From assembly GCF_006345805.1 (NCBI RefSeq), contig NC_043014.1:38626001-38690000 (forward strand): DNA of 64,000 nt, given 5' to 3'. Made by a program: the position numbers and the translations under genes. Within the stretch, counting starts at the first letter, position 1. The number at the start of each line of letters is the position of its first letter. This document shows positions 1-13,313 of the stretch, piece after piece. The DNA is from Octopus sinensis (Eukaryota). Under the pieces are notes generated by a model, which was given only the letters and a program-made list of their open reading frames with translations, did not search any database and was not told the DNA's origin.

Positions 1-1502
1 AAAATCGGTCGGCTTGCAACTCGGCACCTGGAGGGGCAAGTCGATGCCTTCGAATAGCATCGTGGGATGCTGGACGGAGGGCCCGGTTAAGCTGCTAGGG
101 ATCTGGTTTGGTCCAGGTCTCCAGATAGAAAAGAACTGGTCTGAGGTGTCGGGCAAGGTGGCTCACGCGGTCGGGACTTGGTCCGGACGGTGGCTGTCCT
201 TGAAAGGGAGGGCGGAGGTGGCCAATGTGTTTTTAGCATCGGTCATCACCTACCGCCTGACCGTCGTCCCTTGTCCGGATTCGTGGTTGAGCAAGTTGGA
301 GAGGCAGATCTTCCGCTTTTTGTGGAAGGGAAGTGCTCCTCTTGTAAGACGTTCTATCTGCTGTCAGAAACCGTTAAAGGGTGGCTTGGGGATGCCTTGG
401 CTGATGATGTGCAGAGATGCGCTGAGGTTAAGGCACCTTTGGCTCTACCTGGATGGTGAACGGGTGTGGTCCCCGCTTGCGAAGCAGATGTTCCCCAGCT
501 TTGTCAGTTTCGGTGGCAGAGAAACCTGGTTTCGTCGAAGACTTAGATCGAGCATGTGGTATTTGGAGTGCCATAAGGCACTCTGCCACTTCCGCAGGTC
601 GGGCAATGCCGGCGGCTTTGGTACCACCGCAGCTTTCTATAGCAGGTTGGTAGAGGCCGGAAATGACGATGCCTTAGGAAGGACCTTGGGCCTCGATAGA
701 AATCAGTTGGACAGCCTGTTCCAAAGGACGTTCAGGCCGAAGACATTGGATAACTTCCAGAAGTCTTTGACCTGGCAATGTTTCAGAGGAGCTTTACCCG
801 TTCGGGATAAACTCACAAGGCATGGTTGGAGTGGACCATCGAACTGCCCAAGATGCGAGCGGGATCTGGAAACAGTCTCGCACGCTATTGTTCAGTGTCC
901 GGAAGTTTCGGACGTGTGGGTATATGCCGAACACCTGTTGTCGGACGGAAGAAGAGTACAGCTATCGGCTGAGACAATTATAAAAATTGACTCGCCTAGC
1001 TTTTTGACAAGTGAAGGTAAGCATTGCTTTCTCAGTACAGTAGCAGTAGCGAAAGAGTGTATATGGAAGACCAGAATGAAAGCGGTAACGACAGGCACCG
1101 TGATCTCTGGCTCCGCCTTGGTGACCTATTTCAGGTTCCACCTAAAAAGAAAGGTGGAGTTGGAGAAGAGGTGTCTGTCTGCGTGTGAGTTCGATAAAAT
1201 ATGGAAGCGTGTGGCACGGTTGCTGCGAGTGAGAGGAGCCACGTAAACATGCTGTAGGTTGGCTGCCGAGTTTCGGTGGGAATAGCAGGGCTCGTGGGTT
1301 CGGCAATCCTGGTGTTCCCACTTCATGTGTTCCCTTTATGTTGTGTTGTTGTTGTGTATCATTCGATTTATCCGATTTTGTGAAATTTAAAAAAAAAAAA
1401 AAAGAGTTCATTTTTTCTGTAAATACCATTTGTGTCTCATGACCCCAAATCATGATGTATTGTCCCATTCTTTGTTGGCCCCTTGTGGGTAATAAAGAAA
1501 TA
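1..1502 (+). mobile_element. 3' end of a Tx1/L1-clade non-LTR retrotransposon (ORF2 C-terminus plus 3' UTR)
   Basis: Uninterrupted ORF to 1246, then a UTR with an A-run (about 1388-1402) ending ...GGGTAATAAAGAAATA at 1502. Runs off the window's left edge. Confidence 0.85.
2..1246 (+). CDS. Retrotransposon ORF2 C-terminal part (post-RT region and zf-RVT-like zinc finger)
   Basis: KLLGIWFG, LSLKGRAEVAN, LERQIFRFLWKG, KGGLGMP and W...RGALPVRDKL...CPRC...ETVSHAIVQC are typical of Tx1/L1 ORF2. No stops over 410+ codons. Confidence 0.85.
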   Translation, partial: KSVGLQLGTWRGKSMPSNSIVGCWTEGPVKLLGIWFGPGLQIEKNWSEVSGKVAHAVGTWSGRWLSLKGRAEVANVFLASVITYRLTVVPCPDSWLSKLERQIFRFLWKGSAPLVRRSICCQKPLKGGLGMPWLMMCRDALRLRHLWLYLDGERVWSPLAKQMFPSFVSFGGRETWFRRRLRSSMWYLECHKALCHFRRSGNAGGFGTTAAFYSRLVEAGNDDALGRTLGLDRNQLDSLFQRTFRPKTLDNFQKSLTWQCFRGALPVRDKLTRHGWSGPSNCPRCERDLETVSHAIVQCPEVSDVWVYAEHLLSDGRRVQLSAETIIKIDSPSFLTSEGKHCFLSTVAVAKECIWKTRMKAVTTGTVISGSALVTYFRFHLKRKVELEKRCLSACEFDKIWKRVARLLRVRGAT

Positions 1503-1657
1503 CTTAGGTTTCCAGTCCTTCTCAGAGCTAAACCTCTGACCACAGAGCTCGTCTTAGGTTTCCAGTCCTTCTCAGGGCGAACCTCTGACCACACAGAGCT
1601 CGTCTTAGGCTTTTAGTTCTTTTAAGAACTAAGTCTCTGACCACACAGAATACTCGA
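1503..1657 (+). repeat. Three tandem 50-53 bp units (CTTAGGTTTCCAGTCC...CTCTGACCACAGAGCTCGT)
   Basis: Units start at 1503, 1553 and 1604; the third is diverged. Directly abuts the LINE 3' end. Confidence 0.85.
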
Positions 1658-1729
1658 CCAAGTTCCAGTTTCGAGGCAGGCGACCACCATTAATACAAGA
1701 TGTTACAGATACCTCTCATACTGTTAATG

Positions 1730-2030
1730 TGAAATATCACCATGAAGAAAACGGTTACAAGATATCTATAACTAGAGAAAAATAACCAAGCAGAAAATAA
1801 TGAAGAAGCAGCAAGAACCAATCGACAAACATCGAAGATTTAAATTGTACACGAGACAACTACAGATTCAACTATAGCGGTTAGGTGAAATTCTCGCCAC
1901 GAAGAAAACGGCTACAGTAACATGTCTGGAAGTATATTCATATCAAGAGAAAGATAAACACAACGAGTGATTCAATTAATCTCAACTGCGACACGCAATA
2001 TCTTGATATGGAAGTCTGACGCTGTACCCC
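1730..2030 (+). pseudogene. Possible decayed Penelope-like GIY-YIG C-terminal remnant
   Basis: Frameshifted pieces DNYRFNYSG / EILATKK / IHIKRKINT...SINLNCDT loosely resemble PLE endonuclease ends; weak. Confidence 0.22.
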
Positions 2031-2670
2031 TTGAAACGGTAAATCAATTATCTGTTCTTGGGTTCTAGTTTCTTCTAAGAACTACCTTAAGCCATCTGTT
2101 ATTACCTGTTGCCAAGCCGATACCAACAACATTAACTGTGAATCAAATCCCATCGTCAATTCACTGGTCAGTACCTTTTTACGCCTAACGAACACACAGA
2201 CACAAAAACATGCGAACACTTACAAACTTCCAACATCAAACATGATTGTAAAATATGTAAAATAAATAATGTATATATCTTAAAAAGAAATCTTGTTGTC
2301 ATTCCAAACTTATGTGTATTGCCGCTGCATGTAAAATATAGTCAGTAAAATATATTATTAAGAATAGGAGAACGTTCCTATTTTTATACAACTAATAATT
2401 AAATCAAGGAGTTCAGTAAGTGAAAAGAACCATTATCGGTAACCTTATACAAAAATTCTATAACTATAAGCATAATTATAATTAGGGTTCAGCAAAAATT
2501 GCTTCACCACATACCGAATTTAGAAATAGCAGTTAAATATTATTCTATAAGAATAGTATTTAACTGCTATTATAGAATTATAGAATTTTTGTATCTAATC
2601 TATATATATATACATATATTATAGAATTTTTGTATCTATATATATATTATAGAATTTTTGTATATATATA

Positions 2671-3058
2671 GCATGGATGTGTGGTAAGAAGCTTGCTTCC
2701 CAACTACATGGTTCTAGGTTCAGTCCTACTGTCTGCCAACTTGGCTGAGAGTCTTCTACTATAGCCTTGGGCTGACCAAATCCTTGTAAATGGATTTGGC
2801 AGACGGAAACTGGAAGAAGCCCATCGTATATACATATGTATATATATATATCTGTGTGTGCGTTTGTCCCCCCTTCACCACTTGACAACCAGTGTTGGTG
2901 TGTTTACATCCCTGTAACATAGTGATTCAGCAAAAGCAACTGATAGAATAAGTACTAGGCTTAAAAATATATCCTGGGGTCAATTTGTTCAACTGAAATC
3001 CCTCAAGGCAATTCTCCAGCATGGCCGCAGTCAAATGACTGAAACAAGTAAAATAATA
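2671..3058 (+). mobile_element. tRNA-derived SINE, family A (about 370 bp)
   Basis: Head GGCTGTGTGGTAAG...GGTTCAGTCC (A/B-box like), internal (TA)/(TG) tract, tail GGTGCTCCAGCATGGCCGCAGTCAAATGACTGAAACAAGTAAAA. About 20 related full or partial copies in the window. Confidence 0.85.
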
Positions 3059-3949
3059 AATAAATAAATAAGCAAATATATATATATATATATATGTATG
3101 TATATATATTATGTAACTTGGTATAAGAAGAGACAAAAATTTTTAGATAATCATTTTATATTTATGATTTACGTCAACATTATACATAAATATTGCTTCA
3201 TATTGACATTATAACCCTCTATAAAACATACCTTCAGAATTCTTCTAAACTTTTATATCCATAATTAGGGTTTTCCACTACTGCCGATGTATTTTATAAC
3301 TTTTAATGCTTATTTCAACATCTTTTAACCTTAAATTTAAATTTAATATGATTTTTAATCAATATACCAACCTTTATTTATTTACCTTTCTCATGTACGT
3401 TTTTACCTCATATAACTCCTATTTCTTTCTAAATAATATATAGATATGTTCCTTGCCTTGTTGTAATTTTAAGTTATATCTATGTATGTATTTATGTATT
3501 TATTATGTTGATGTAAATCATAAAAATAAAATGATTATCTAAAAATCTTCGTCTCTTCTAGTTATATAAAGTCTAATGTCTTAGATTTGACCAGAGCACT
3601 TCCAATCAATCAAGTATATGAACTTTCTTTTTTGAAAGACAAAAACAATATTTAATATATATATATATATCCACATCTCCTTTTTTTAAATATATATATA
3701 TATATATAGCTTTTTGCCGAAATCATGGTTCGCATTGTTTTCTTACTTTATTATCATCTTATAATCATCTCATAACAATGACTTTTATGACTCTTATGAC
3801 TACCTCAGTCCATCTAAATGTATATACTTGTCATTACCTGTCATAAAAAGCCTTTTTTTATTTGCAATATGCATTTTCGTTGATTTTCATATTTTACCCT
3901 TACATTTCCCTGTGTATTTTATATTTTCTTTTTGTAACATATTTCTACC

Positions 3950-3980
<31 letters not shown>

Positions 3981-4157
3981 ATATATATAGATATATATAT
4001 ATATATATAGATAGATAGATACATACATACACACATAGACACATATACAAACACACACACAAACATGCATACACACACACACGTGTGTGTATACATATTT
4101 ATATGTGCATATATATACACTTGTGTGTTTGTGTGTACGTATATATGTATGTATGTG

Positions 4158-4212
<55 letters not shown>

Positions 4213-4571
4213 CAGTGTACTGTATTATATATCCATTATAGCCTATCTAATCAATCAGTCTCACACTTGGGGTCAACGGAGTGTTGGACAGTAGAACCAA
4301 TTATGTAACCCTTGCTTTCTTCTGAGATGGCAGTAATGTAATGAAATACACACACAAATATATATATATATATATATCTGTGTGTATGTGTGTGTAGGAG
4401 GTGTAACTGCCAGATAAGTAGCATGGAAGACACACATTAGCCTTTCAAAAACGCACATCAAACGTTAGCTTAAACATTTATTATCAGGGTGTCTAAAGAT
4501 TTGTTGCACCAACTGTGACCTGATCGCTGATGTGATTTCACAGACATACACATATATATTTACACACATAC

Positions 4572-4628
<57 letters not shown>

Positions 4629-4657
4629 TAAATATATATATATATATACACACACAC

Positions 4658-4723
<66 letters not shown>

Positions 4724-4875
4724 CAAAGATAATAAAGTAAATCTCGAATAGTTGTGAAAGCAGTTTCAAAGATAGACTAAATACCATTAGAAGATGAAAA
4801 TAAGTGTACAAGTTGACTCGTGCACACACACACACACACATATATCTACATACATACATACATACATATATATAT
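3950..4875. repeat. Cluster of (TA)n/(CA)n/(TG)n microsatellites
   Basis: Direct reading; source of the YIYI/CVCV ORFs. Confidence 0.95.
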
Positions 4876-5059
4876 ATATTGAAGTAGATAAATGAATTAT
4901 CTTATTACGGATAATTTAGTACGGTATTATCCATACAATTTCAAAATAAAGTGATTAAAGTCAAAATAAACAACAAGGATATCCAGAGGTAATGCAGTAC
5001 AATCGTTTCATGCAACTCCATTTAATTGAACAATGCAATCATGAAATGAAATGTGTGGA

Positions 5060-5385
5060 AGGAGCACTCCATCGGTTACGATGACAAGGGTCCCAGCTTG
5101 TACGATCAACGGAACAGCTTGCTCATGAAATTAACGTGCAAGTGACTGAGCAATCCACAGACACGTGTACCCTTAATGTAGTTCTCAGGGAGATTCAGCG
5201 TGACACAGAGTGTGACAAGGCCGGCCCTTTGAAATACAGGTACTACTCATTTTTCCCAGCTGAGTGGACTGGAGCAACGTGAAATAAAGTATCTTGCTCA
5301 AGGTTACAACGTGATGCCAGGAATAAAACTCACGACCTTACAATCATCAGCCGAATGCCCTAACCACAAAGCCACGTGCCTTCAC
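5060..5385 (-). mobile_element. tRNA-derived SINE (head H2 + tail T1)
   Basis: Tail shared with 26770-26975 and 57095-57300; head shared with the copy at 46245. Confidence 0.8.
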
Positions 5386-5524
5386 TTCCAATGTGTAGGG
5401 AACCGAGGACTACATCAGAAATGTATCCTTTTCCAAGGCAGTAGTGTGTGAAATGAAGGAAGTTTGGTTGCTATTTCTAGATGGTCAAGTAACAATCTAC
5501 AAGCTCCCAAGTTGATCCAATGAT

Positions 5525-6212
5525 GATGGTAGATGGTGGTGGTGGTGGTGGTGGTGATGGCAGTGGTAGAGTGGTGGAGTTAGTGGTATGGAGGAGGTAG
5601 ATTGGTGGCGGTGGCGGTGGTGGTATGCATTAGATTGAATAATAAGCGGGATGACTGCTGCAGTATAGCAGACATGATGATGAGAATATTGATGATGACA
5701 GTTTTAACAAACATGATGGTGATGGTGGTGGTAAAGTCGTCATCATCATCATCATCATCATCATTCTTGTTTCTATCTTTTTCTTAGACCGTCTTTGATT
5801 TTTTTTTTTTTTCTTTTTTGATTTCAAAACTGTTGCCCGAGCAGTGGAGAGATGCGCTGCCGCCAGTCGTAAAAAATAATTGGCAAGTGAATTAGTTGGT
5901 TGGTTTGGCGTATTTCTTCAACCAGTATCTGGAGTTTGCCAGCTTTTTTGTCGCCTCATTTAGCTTGCAATGAAGATCTGAGTACTTTCAAAGTTCATAG
6001 CACATCACCACCACCACCATCATTGCTGCCACCACCACCACCACCACCACCACCACCATTACTGCCACCACCACCACCACCACCATCACCATCATCACCA
6101 CCACCACTATCATCACCACCACCACAACCATCATCATCATCACCACCACCACCACCACCACCACCACCATCATCACCACCACCACAACCATCATCATCAA
6201 CATTATCATCAT
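5525..6212. repeat. (GGT/GAT)n tract followed by an (ACC/ATC)n tract
   Basis: Trinucleotide-derived low complexity at 5525-5765 and 5998-6212. Confidence 0.9.
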
Positions 6213-6351
6213 TAAATCTGGCAACAATTCCCCATCCATTAATTATAATATGAAACAGTCACATATGGTTCTAGATGTTGCCAGTAACTCAAAAAACATA
6301 AAGAATATAATATAACAGAATATAATAAATATATATATATATATATATATG

Positions 6352-7090
6352 CAGAATCATTAGCACACTGGACCAGATGCTTCCTTGTATTTCATCCATT
6401 CTTATATATGGAGTTCAAATTCTGCAGAGGTAACCTTTACCTTTCATCCTTCCAGACTCAATAAAATACCGTAAATCCTCGAGTATAATCCACGCTTTTT
6501 TCCCCTAAAATTTAAAGGTCAAAATCCCTAGTGCGTACTATATACGAGGTTAAAAATGAAAAATATTTTCTAAGCAATGTCCGAGTCTCTATTTGCTGTC
6601 CGGCAATTTTTATTCAGACGCATTTTGTGATGTCGGGCACGAAAATACCTTAAGCTAAGCCTGAAAGCAATGAAGTCATAAAAGAATCATCCATAACTTG
6701 CAGTAAGCAACATTTATTTAACGTTATTACAGTTATTTCTTTATTTTCTGCAAACAAAATGCACAAAAAAGCTACACGTTTGCATTATATTATATATACA
6801 ATAATAATAAAGGACGTTACTGTATACATTTTTACAAACCAAGGATGTTATATAGACCTCCTTGACTCAAGTTAGAGAAGGGGTGCATATTATACACAAG
6901 GTTTAGGTTTTTCAGAGGTACAGCCCCCTAAAAATCTCCTGTGTATTATACTCAAGGGCGGACTATACTTGGGGATTTACGGTAAGTACCAGTCGAGCAG
7001 TAGAGTTTATGTAATAAACTAATCCGCTCTCTCCTGAAATTTAAAGCCTTGTGCCTAAAGTAGAAAGAATTATTGTTATTATTACTATTA
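6352..7090 (+). mobile_element. SINE family B (beta tail) split by a MITE
   Basis: SINE consensus ATAAAATAAGTACCAG is interrupted at its TA by the element at 6469-6982. Confidence 0.75.
6469..6982. mobile_element. Non-autonomous pogo/Tigger-like MITE, TA target duplication
   Basis: TIR CCGTAAATCCTCGAGTATA vs CCGTAAATCCCCAAGTATA (2 mismatches); TA on both sides. Confidence 0.85.
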
Positions 7091-7779
7091 CTTTCAAATG
7101 GCTGCAAGCTGACAGAATTGTTAGCAAGTCAGACAAATTGCTTAGCCATTTTTTTTTTTCCTGGTTTTACATTCTAAGTTCAAATATCATCAACGTCGAT
7201 TTGCCTTTCATCCTTTCAGAGTTAATAAAATAAAATACGGAAAGAATAACTACAACTACTACTGGATTGGTGGAATTGTAATTTATTTTAAATGTTATAT
7301 AAGGATAAAACGACTGAGAAACACTGGTCTATATGTTCTCAGTTTGAATGCCACTACTAACTTTGTCAGTGCAAATTCTTCTGCCTTTCATCTTTTTAAG
7401 GATCGATAAAGTAAGTACCAGTTAAGCACCGAGATTGTTACAATCTATTTATCCCCTCCCCACAAATCTGCTGACCTTGTACTGAAGTTGATGTATTGAC
7501 TTTCTCCCCACTCACCTGAACTTGTTGGCCTCATGCCAAAAGATGAAATCAATTAAAAGAGCACGTTGGCAGAACCATTAGCAAGCTGGGTGAAATGCTT
7601 AGTGACAGTTCATGCCTTTACCTTCTGAGTTCAAATTCCACCAAGGTTAACTTTGCAACATCTACCAGATGTTATAATTACTAGCATGCAATAACATCAC
7701 TCAAACATAGAGAATCCTCAGAGTTTATCTAATCTTTCAATTATTATTATTATTATTTTTTTTTTTGTAAGACTGTAGT

Positions 7780-7781
7780 CG

Positions 7782-7812
<31 letters not shown>

Positions 7813-8019
7813 TTGTGTGTCTGTGTTTGTCCCCCCCACCAACATCGCTTGACAACCGATGCTGGTGTGTTTACGTCCCCGTAACTTAGCGGTTCAGCAA
7901 AAGAGACCGATAGAATAAGTACCAGGCTTACAAAGAATAAGTCCTGGGGTCGATTTGCTCGACTAAGGCAGTGCTCCAGCATGGCCACAGCCACACGACT
8001 GAAACAAGTAAAAGAGTAA
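7780..8019 (+). mobile_element. SINE family A, 3' half
   Basis: Matches family A body and tail. Confidence 0.85.
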
Positions 8020-8250
8020 ATTCTTAATAGATAATTATAAAAAGTAGTTATAGAATATTTGAAACATTGATTGGATATGAGGATCCAGTAGAAAAAAATA
8101 GGAATGGGGGGGGGGATAGTAGAAAAAATGGTTGAGAACCATAGCTCTAGAGTACAAATGCTAAGACTAAAGATTGAAATGTTGATTGAATGATTTGTTC
8201 AATCAACTGCTTCTAACTGGAGTCTCTGAGTCACAATTACAACAGATTTT

Positions 8251-11200
8251 ATAATCACCATAATCACCATCATTTGCATCATTATTATCATCATAATTTG
8301 CATCATTATTATTATCGTTATCACCATCATTTGCATCATCATTATCATCATTATCACCATCATTTGCATCATTATTATCATCATAATCACCATCATTTGC
8401 ATCATTATTATTATCATTATCACCATCATTTGCATCATTATTATCATCATTATCACAACATGCATCATTATTATCATCATTATCACCATCATTTGCATCA
8501 TTATTATCATCATAATCACCACATGCATCATTATTATCATCATTATCACCATCATTTGCATCATTATTATCATCATAATCACCATCATTTGCATCATTAT
8601 TATTATCATTATCACCATCATTTGCATCATTATTATCATCATTATCACCATCATTTGCATCATTATTATCATCATTATCACCATCATTTGCATCATTATT
8701 ATTATCATTATCACCATCATTTGCATCATTATTATCATCATAATCACCACATGCATCATTATTATCATCATTATCACAACATGCATCATTATTATCATCA
8801 TTATCACCATCATTTGCATCATTATTATCATCATTATCACCATCATTTGCATCATTATTATCATCATAATCACCATCATTTGCATCATTATTATTATCAT
8901 TATCACCATCATTTGCATCATTATTATCATCATTATCACAACATGCATCATTATTATCATCATTATCACCATCATTTGCATCATTATTATCATCATAATC
9001 ACCATCATTTGCATCATTATTATCATCATAATCACCATCATTTGCATCATTATTATTATCATTATCACCATCATTTGCATCATTATTATCATCATTATCA
9101 CCATCATTTGCATCATTATTATCATCATAATCACCATCATTTGCATCATTATTATTATCATTATCACCATCATTTGCATCATTATTATCATCATTATCAC
9201 AACATGCATCATTATTATCATCATTATCACCATCATTATTATCATCATTATCACCATCATTTGCATCATTATTATCATCATAATCACCATCATTTGCATC
9301 ATTATTATTATCATTATCACCATCATTTGCATCATTATTATCATCATTATCACAACATGCATCATTATTATCATCATTATCACCATCATTTGCATCATTA
9401 TCATCATCATAATCACCACATGCATCATTATCACCATCATTTGCATCATTATTATCATCATTATCACCATCATTTGCATCATTATTATCATCATAATCAC
9501 CATCATTTGCATCATTATTATCATCATTATCACCATCATTTGCATCATTATTATCATCATTATCACCATCATTTGCATCATTATTATCATCATAATCACC
9601 ATCATTTGCATCATTATTATTATCATTATCACCATCATTTGCATCATTATTATCATCATTATCACCATCATTTGCATCATTATTATCATCATAATCACCA
9701 TCATTTGCATCATTATTATTATCATTATCACCATCATTTGCATCATTATCATCATTATCACCATCATTTGCATCATTATTATCATCATAATCACCATCAT
9801 TTGCATCATTATTATTATCATTATCACCATCATTTGCATCATTATTATCATCATTATCACCATCATTTGCATCATTATTATCATCATTATCACCATCATT
9901 TGCATCATTATTATCATCATATCACCATCATTTGCATCATTATTATTATCATTATCACCATCATTTGCATCATTATTATCATCATATCACCATCATTTCA
10001 TCATTATTATCATCATAATCACCATCATTTGCATCATTATTATTATCATTATCACCATCATTTGCATCATTATTATCATCATTATCACCATCATTTGCAT
10101 CATTATTATCATCATAATCACCATCATTTGCATCATTATTATTATCATAATCACCATCATTTGCATCATTATTATCATTATCACCATCATTTGCATCATT
10201 ATTATCATCATAATCACCATCATTTGCATCATTATTATCATCATAATCACCATCATTTGCATCATTATTATCATCATTATCACCATCATTTGCATCATTA
10301 TATCATCATTATCACCATCATTTGCATCATTATTATCATCTATTATCACCACATGCATCATTATTATCATCATTATCACCATCATTTGCATCATTATTAT
10401 CATCATTATCACCATCATTTCATCATTATTATTATCATCATATCACCATCATTTGCATCATTATTATTCTCATTATCACCATCATTTGCATCATTATAAT
10501 TCATCATTATCACACATTCATCATTTTATCATCATTACATCACCATCATTATTAATCATCATTATCCCATCATTTGCATATCATTATTATCATCATAATC
10601 ACCATCATTTGCATCATTATTATCATCATTATCACCATCATTTGCATCATTATTATCATCATTATCATCACATTTGCATCATTATTATTATCATTATCAC
10701 CATCATTTGCATCATTATCATCATCATTATCACCACATGCATCATTTCACCATCATTTGCAATCATTATTATCATCATAATCACCACATTTGCATCATTA
10801 TTATCATCATTATCACCATCATTTGCATCATTATTATCATCATTATCACCCATCATGCATCATTATTATCATCATTATCACCATCATTTGCATCATTATA
10901 TCATCATCAATCACCATCATTTGCATCATTATTATTATCATATCACCATCATTTGCATCATTATATCATCATTATCACCATCATTTGCATCATTATTATC
11001 ATCATAATCACCATCATTTGGCATCTTTGCATCATTTTATTATCATTATCACCATCATTTGCATCATTATTATCATCATAATCACCATCATTTGCATCCT
11101 TATTATCATCATAATCACCATCATTTGCATCATTATTATTATCATTAATCACCATCATTTGCATCATTTATTATCATCATAATCACCATCATTATGCATG

Positions 11201-13313
11201 CATCATTATCATTATTATCATCATTATCATCATCATTATCATTTGCTTCATTATTATCATATATCACCATCATTGCATCAATTTATCATTATTATCATTA
11301 TCAATCACCATCATTATTATTATCATTATCACCATCATTTGCATCATTATTATCATCATTATCACCATCATTTGCATCATTATTATCATCATAATCACCA
11401 TCATTTGCATCATTATTATTATCATTATCACCATCATTTGCATCATTATTATCATCATTATCACCATCATTTGCATCATTATTATCATCATTATCACCAT
11501 CATTTGCATCATTATTATCATCATAATCACCACATGCATCATTATTATCATCATTATCACCATCATTTGCATCATTATTATCATCATAATCACCATCATT
11601 TGCATCATTATTATTATCATTATCACCATCATTTGCATCATTATTATCATCATTATCACCATCATTTGCATCATTATTATCATCATTATCACCATCATTT
11701 GCATCATTATTATTATCATTATCACCATCATTTGCATCATTATTATCATCATAATCACCACATGCATCATTATTATCATCATTATCACAAATTGCATCAT
11801 TATTATCATCATTATCACCATCATTTGCATCATTATTATCATCATTATCACCATCATTTGCATCATTATTATCATCATAATCACCATCATTTGCATCATT
11901 ATTATTATCATTATCACCATCATTTGCATCATTATTATCATCATTATCACAACATGCATCATTATTATCATCATTATCACCATCATTTGCATCATTATTA
12001 TCATCATAATCACCATCATTTGCATCATTATTATCATCATAATCACCATCATTTGCATCATTATTATTATCATTATCACCATCATTTGCATCATTATTAT
12101 CATCATTATCACATCATTTGCATCATTATTATCATCAATATCACATCATTTGCATCATTATTATTATCATTATCACCATCATTTGCATCATTATTATCAT
12201 CATTATCACACATGCATCATTATCCCATCATTTTATCATCATTATCACCATCATTTGCATCATTATTATCATCATAATCACCATCATTTGCATCATTATT
12301 ATTATCATTATCACCATCATTTGCATCATTATTATCATCATTATCACAACATGCATCATTATTATCATCATTATCACCATCATTTGCATCATTATCATCA
12401 TCATAATCACCACATGCTCATTATCACCATCATTTGCATCATTATCATCATTATCACCATCATTTGCATCATTATTATCATCATAATCACCATCATTTGC
12501 ATCATTATTATCATCATTATCACCATCATTTGCATCATTATTATCATCATTATCACCATCATTTGCATCATTATTATCATCATAATCACCATCATTTGCA
12601 TCATTATTATTATCATTATCACCATCATTTGCATCATTATTATCATCATTATCACAACATGCATCATTATCACCATCATTTGCATCATTATTATCATCAT
12701 AATCACCACATGCATCATTATTATCATCATTATCACCATCATTTGCATCATTATTATCATCATTATCACCACATGCATCATTATTATCATCATAATCACC
12801 ATCATTTGCATCATTATTATTATCATTATCACCATCATTTGCATCATTATTATCATCATTATCACCATCATTTGCATCATTATTATCATCATAATCACCA
12901 TCATTTGCATCATTATTATTATCATTATCACCACATGCATCATTTTTATCATCATTATCACCACATGCATCATTATTATCATCATTATCACCATCATTTG
13001 CATCATTATTATCATCATTATCACCATCATTTGCATCATTATTATCATCATTATCACCATCATTTGCATCATTATTATCATCATAATCACCATCATTTGC
13101 ATCATTATTATTATCATTATCACCACATGCATCATTATTATCATCATAATCACCATCATTTGCTTCATTATTATCGTTATCACCATCATTTGCATCATTA
13201 TTATTATCATTATCACCACATGCATCATTTTTATCATCATTATCACCACATGCATCATTATTATCATCATTATCACCATCATTTGCATCATTATTATCAT
13301 CATAATCACCATC
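8251..13313. repeat. About 5.06-kb minisatellite, 33-bp unit ATCACCATCATTTGCATCATTATTATCATCATT with 30-bp variants
   Basis: Direct reading; roughly 150 units. Explains the poly-His/Met/Ile ORFs. Confidence 0.97.

Noticed and set aside
2008-2045. CTGACG...GAAACGGTA as a possible fifth hammerhead
   Set aside because: Core lacks A9 and no stem II or stem I pairing can be formed.
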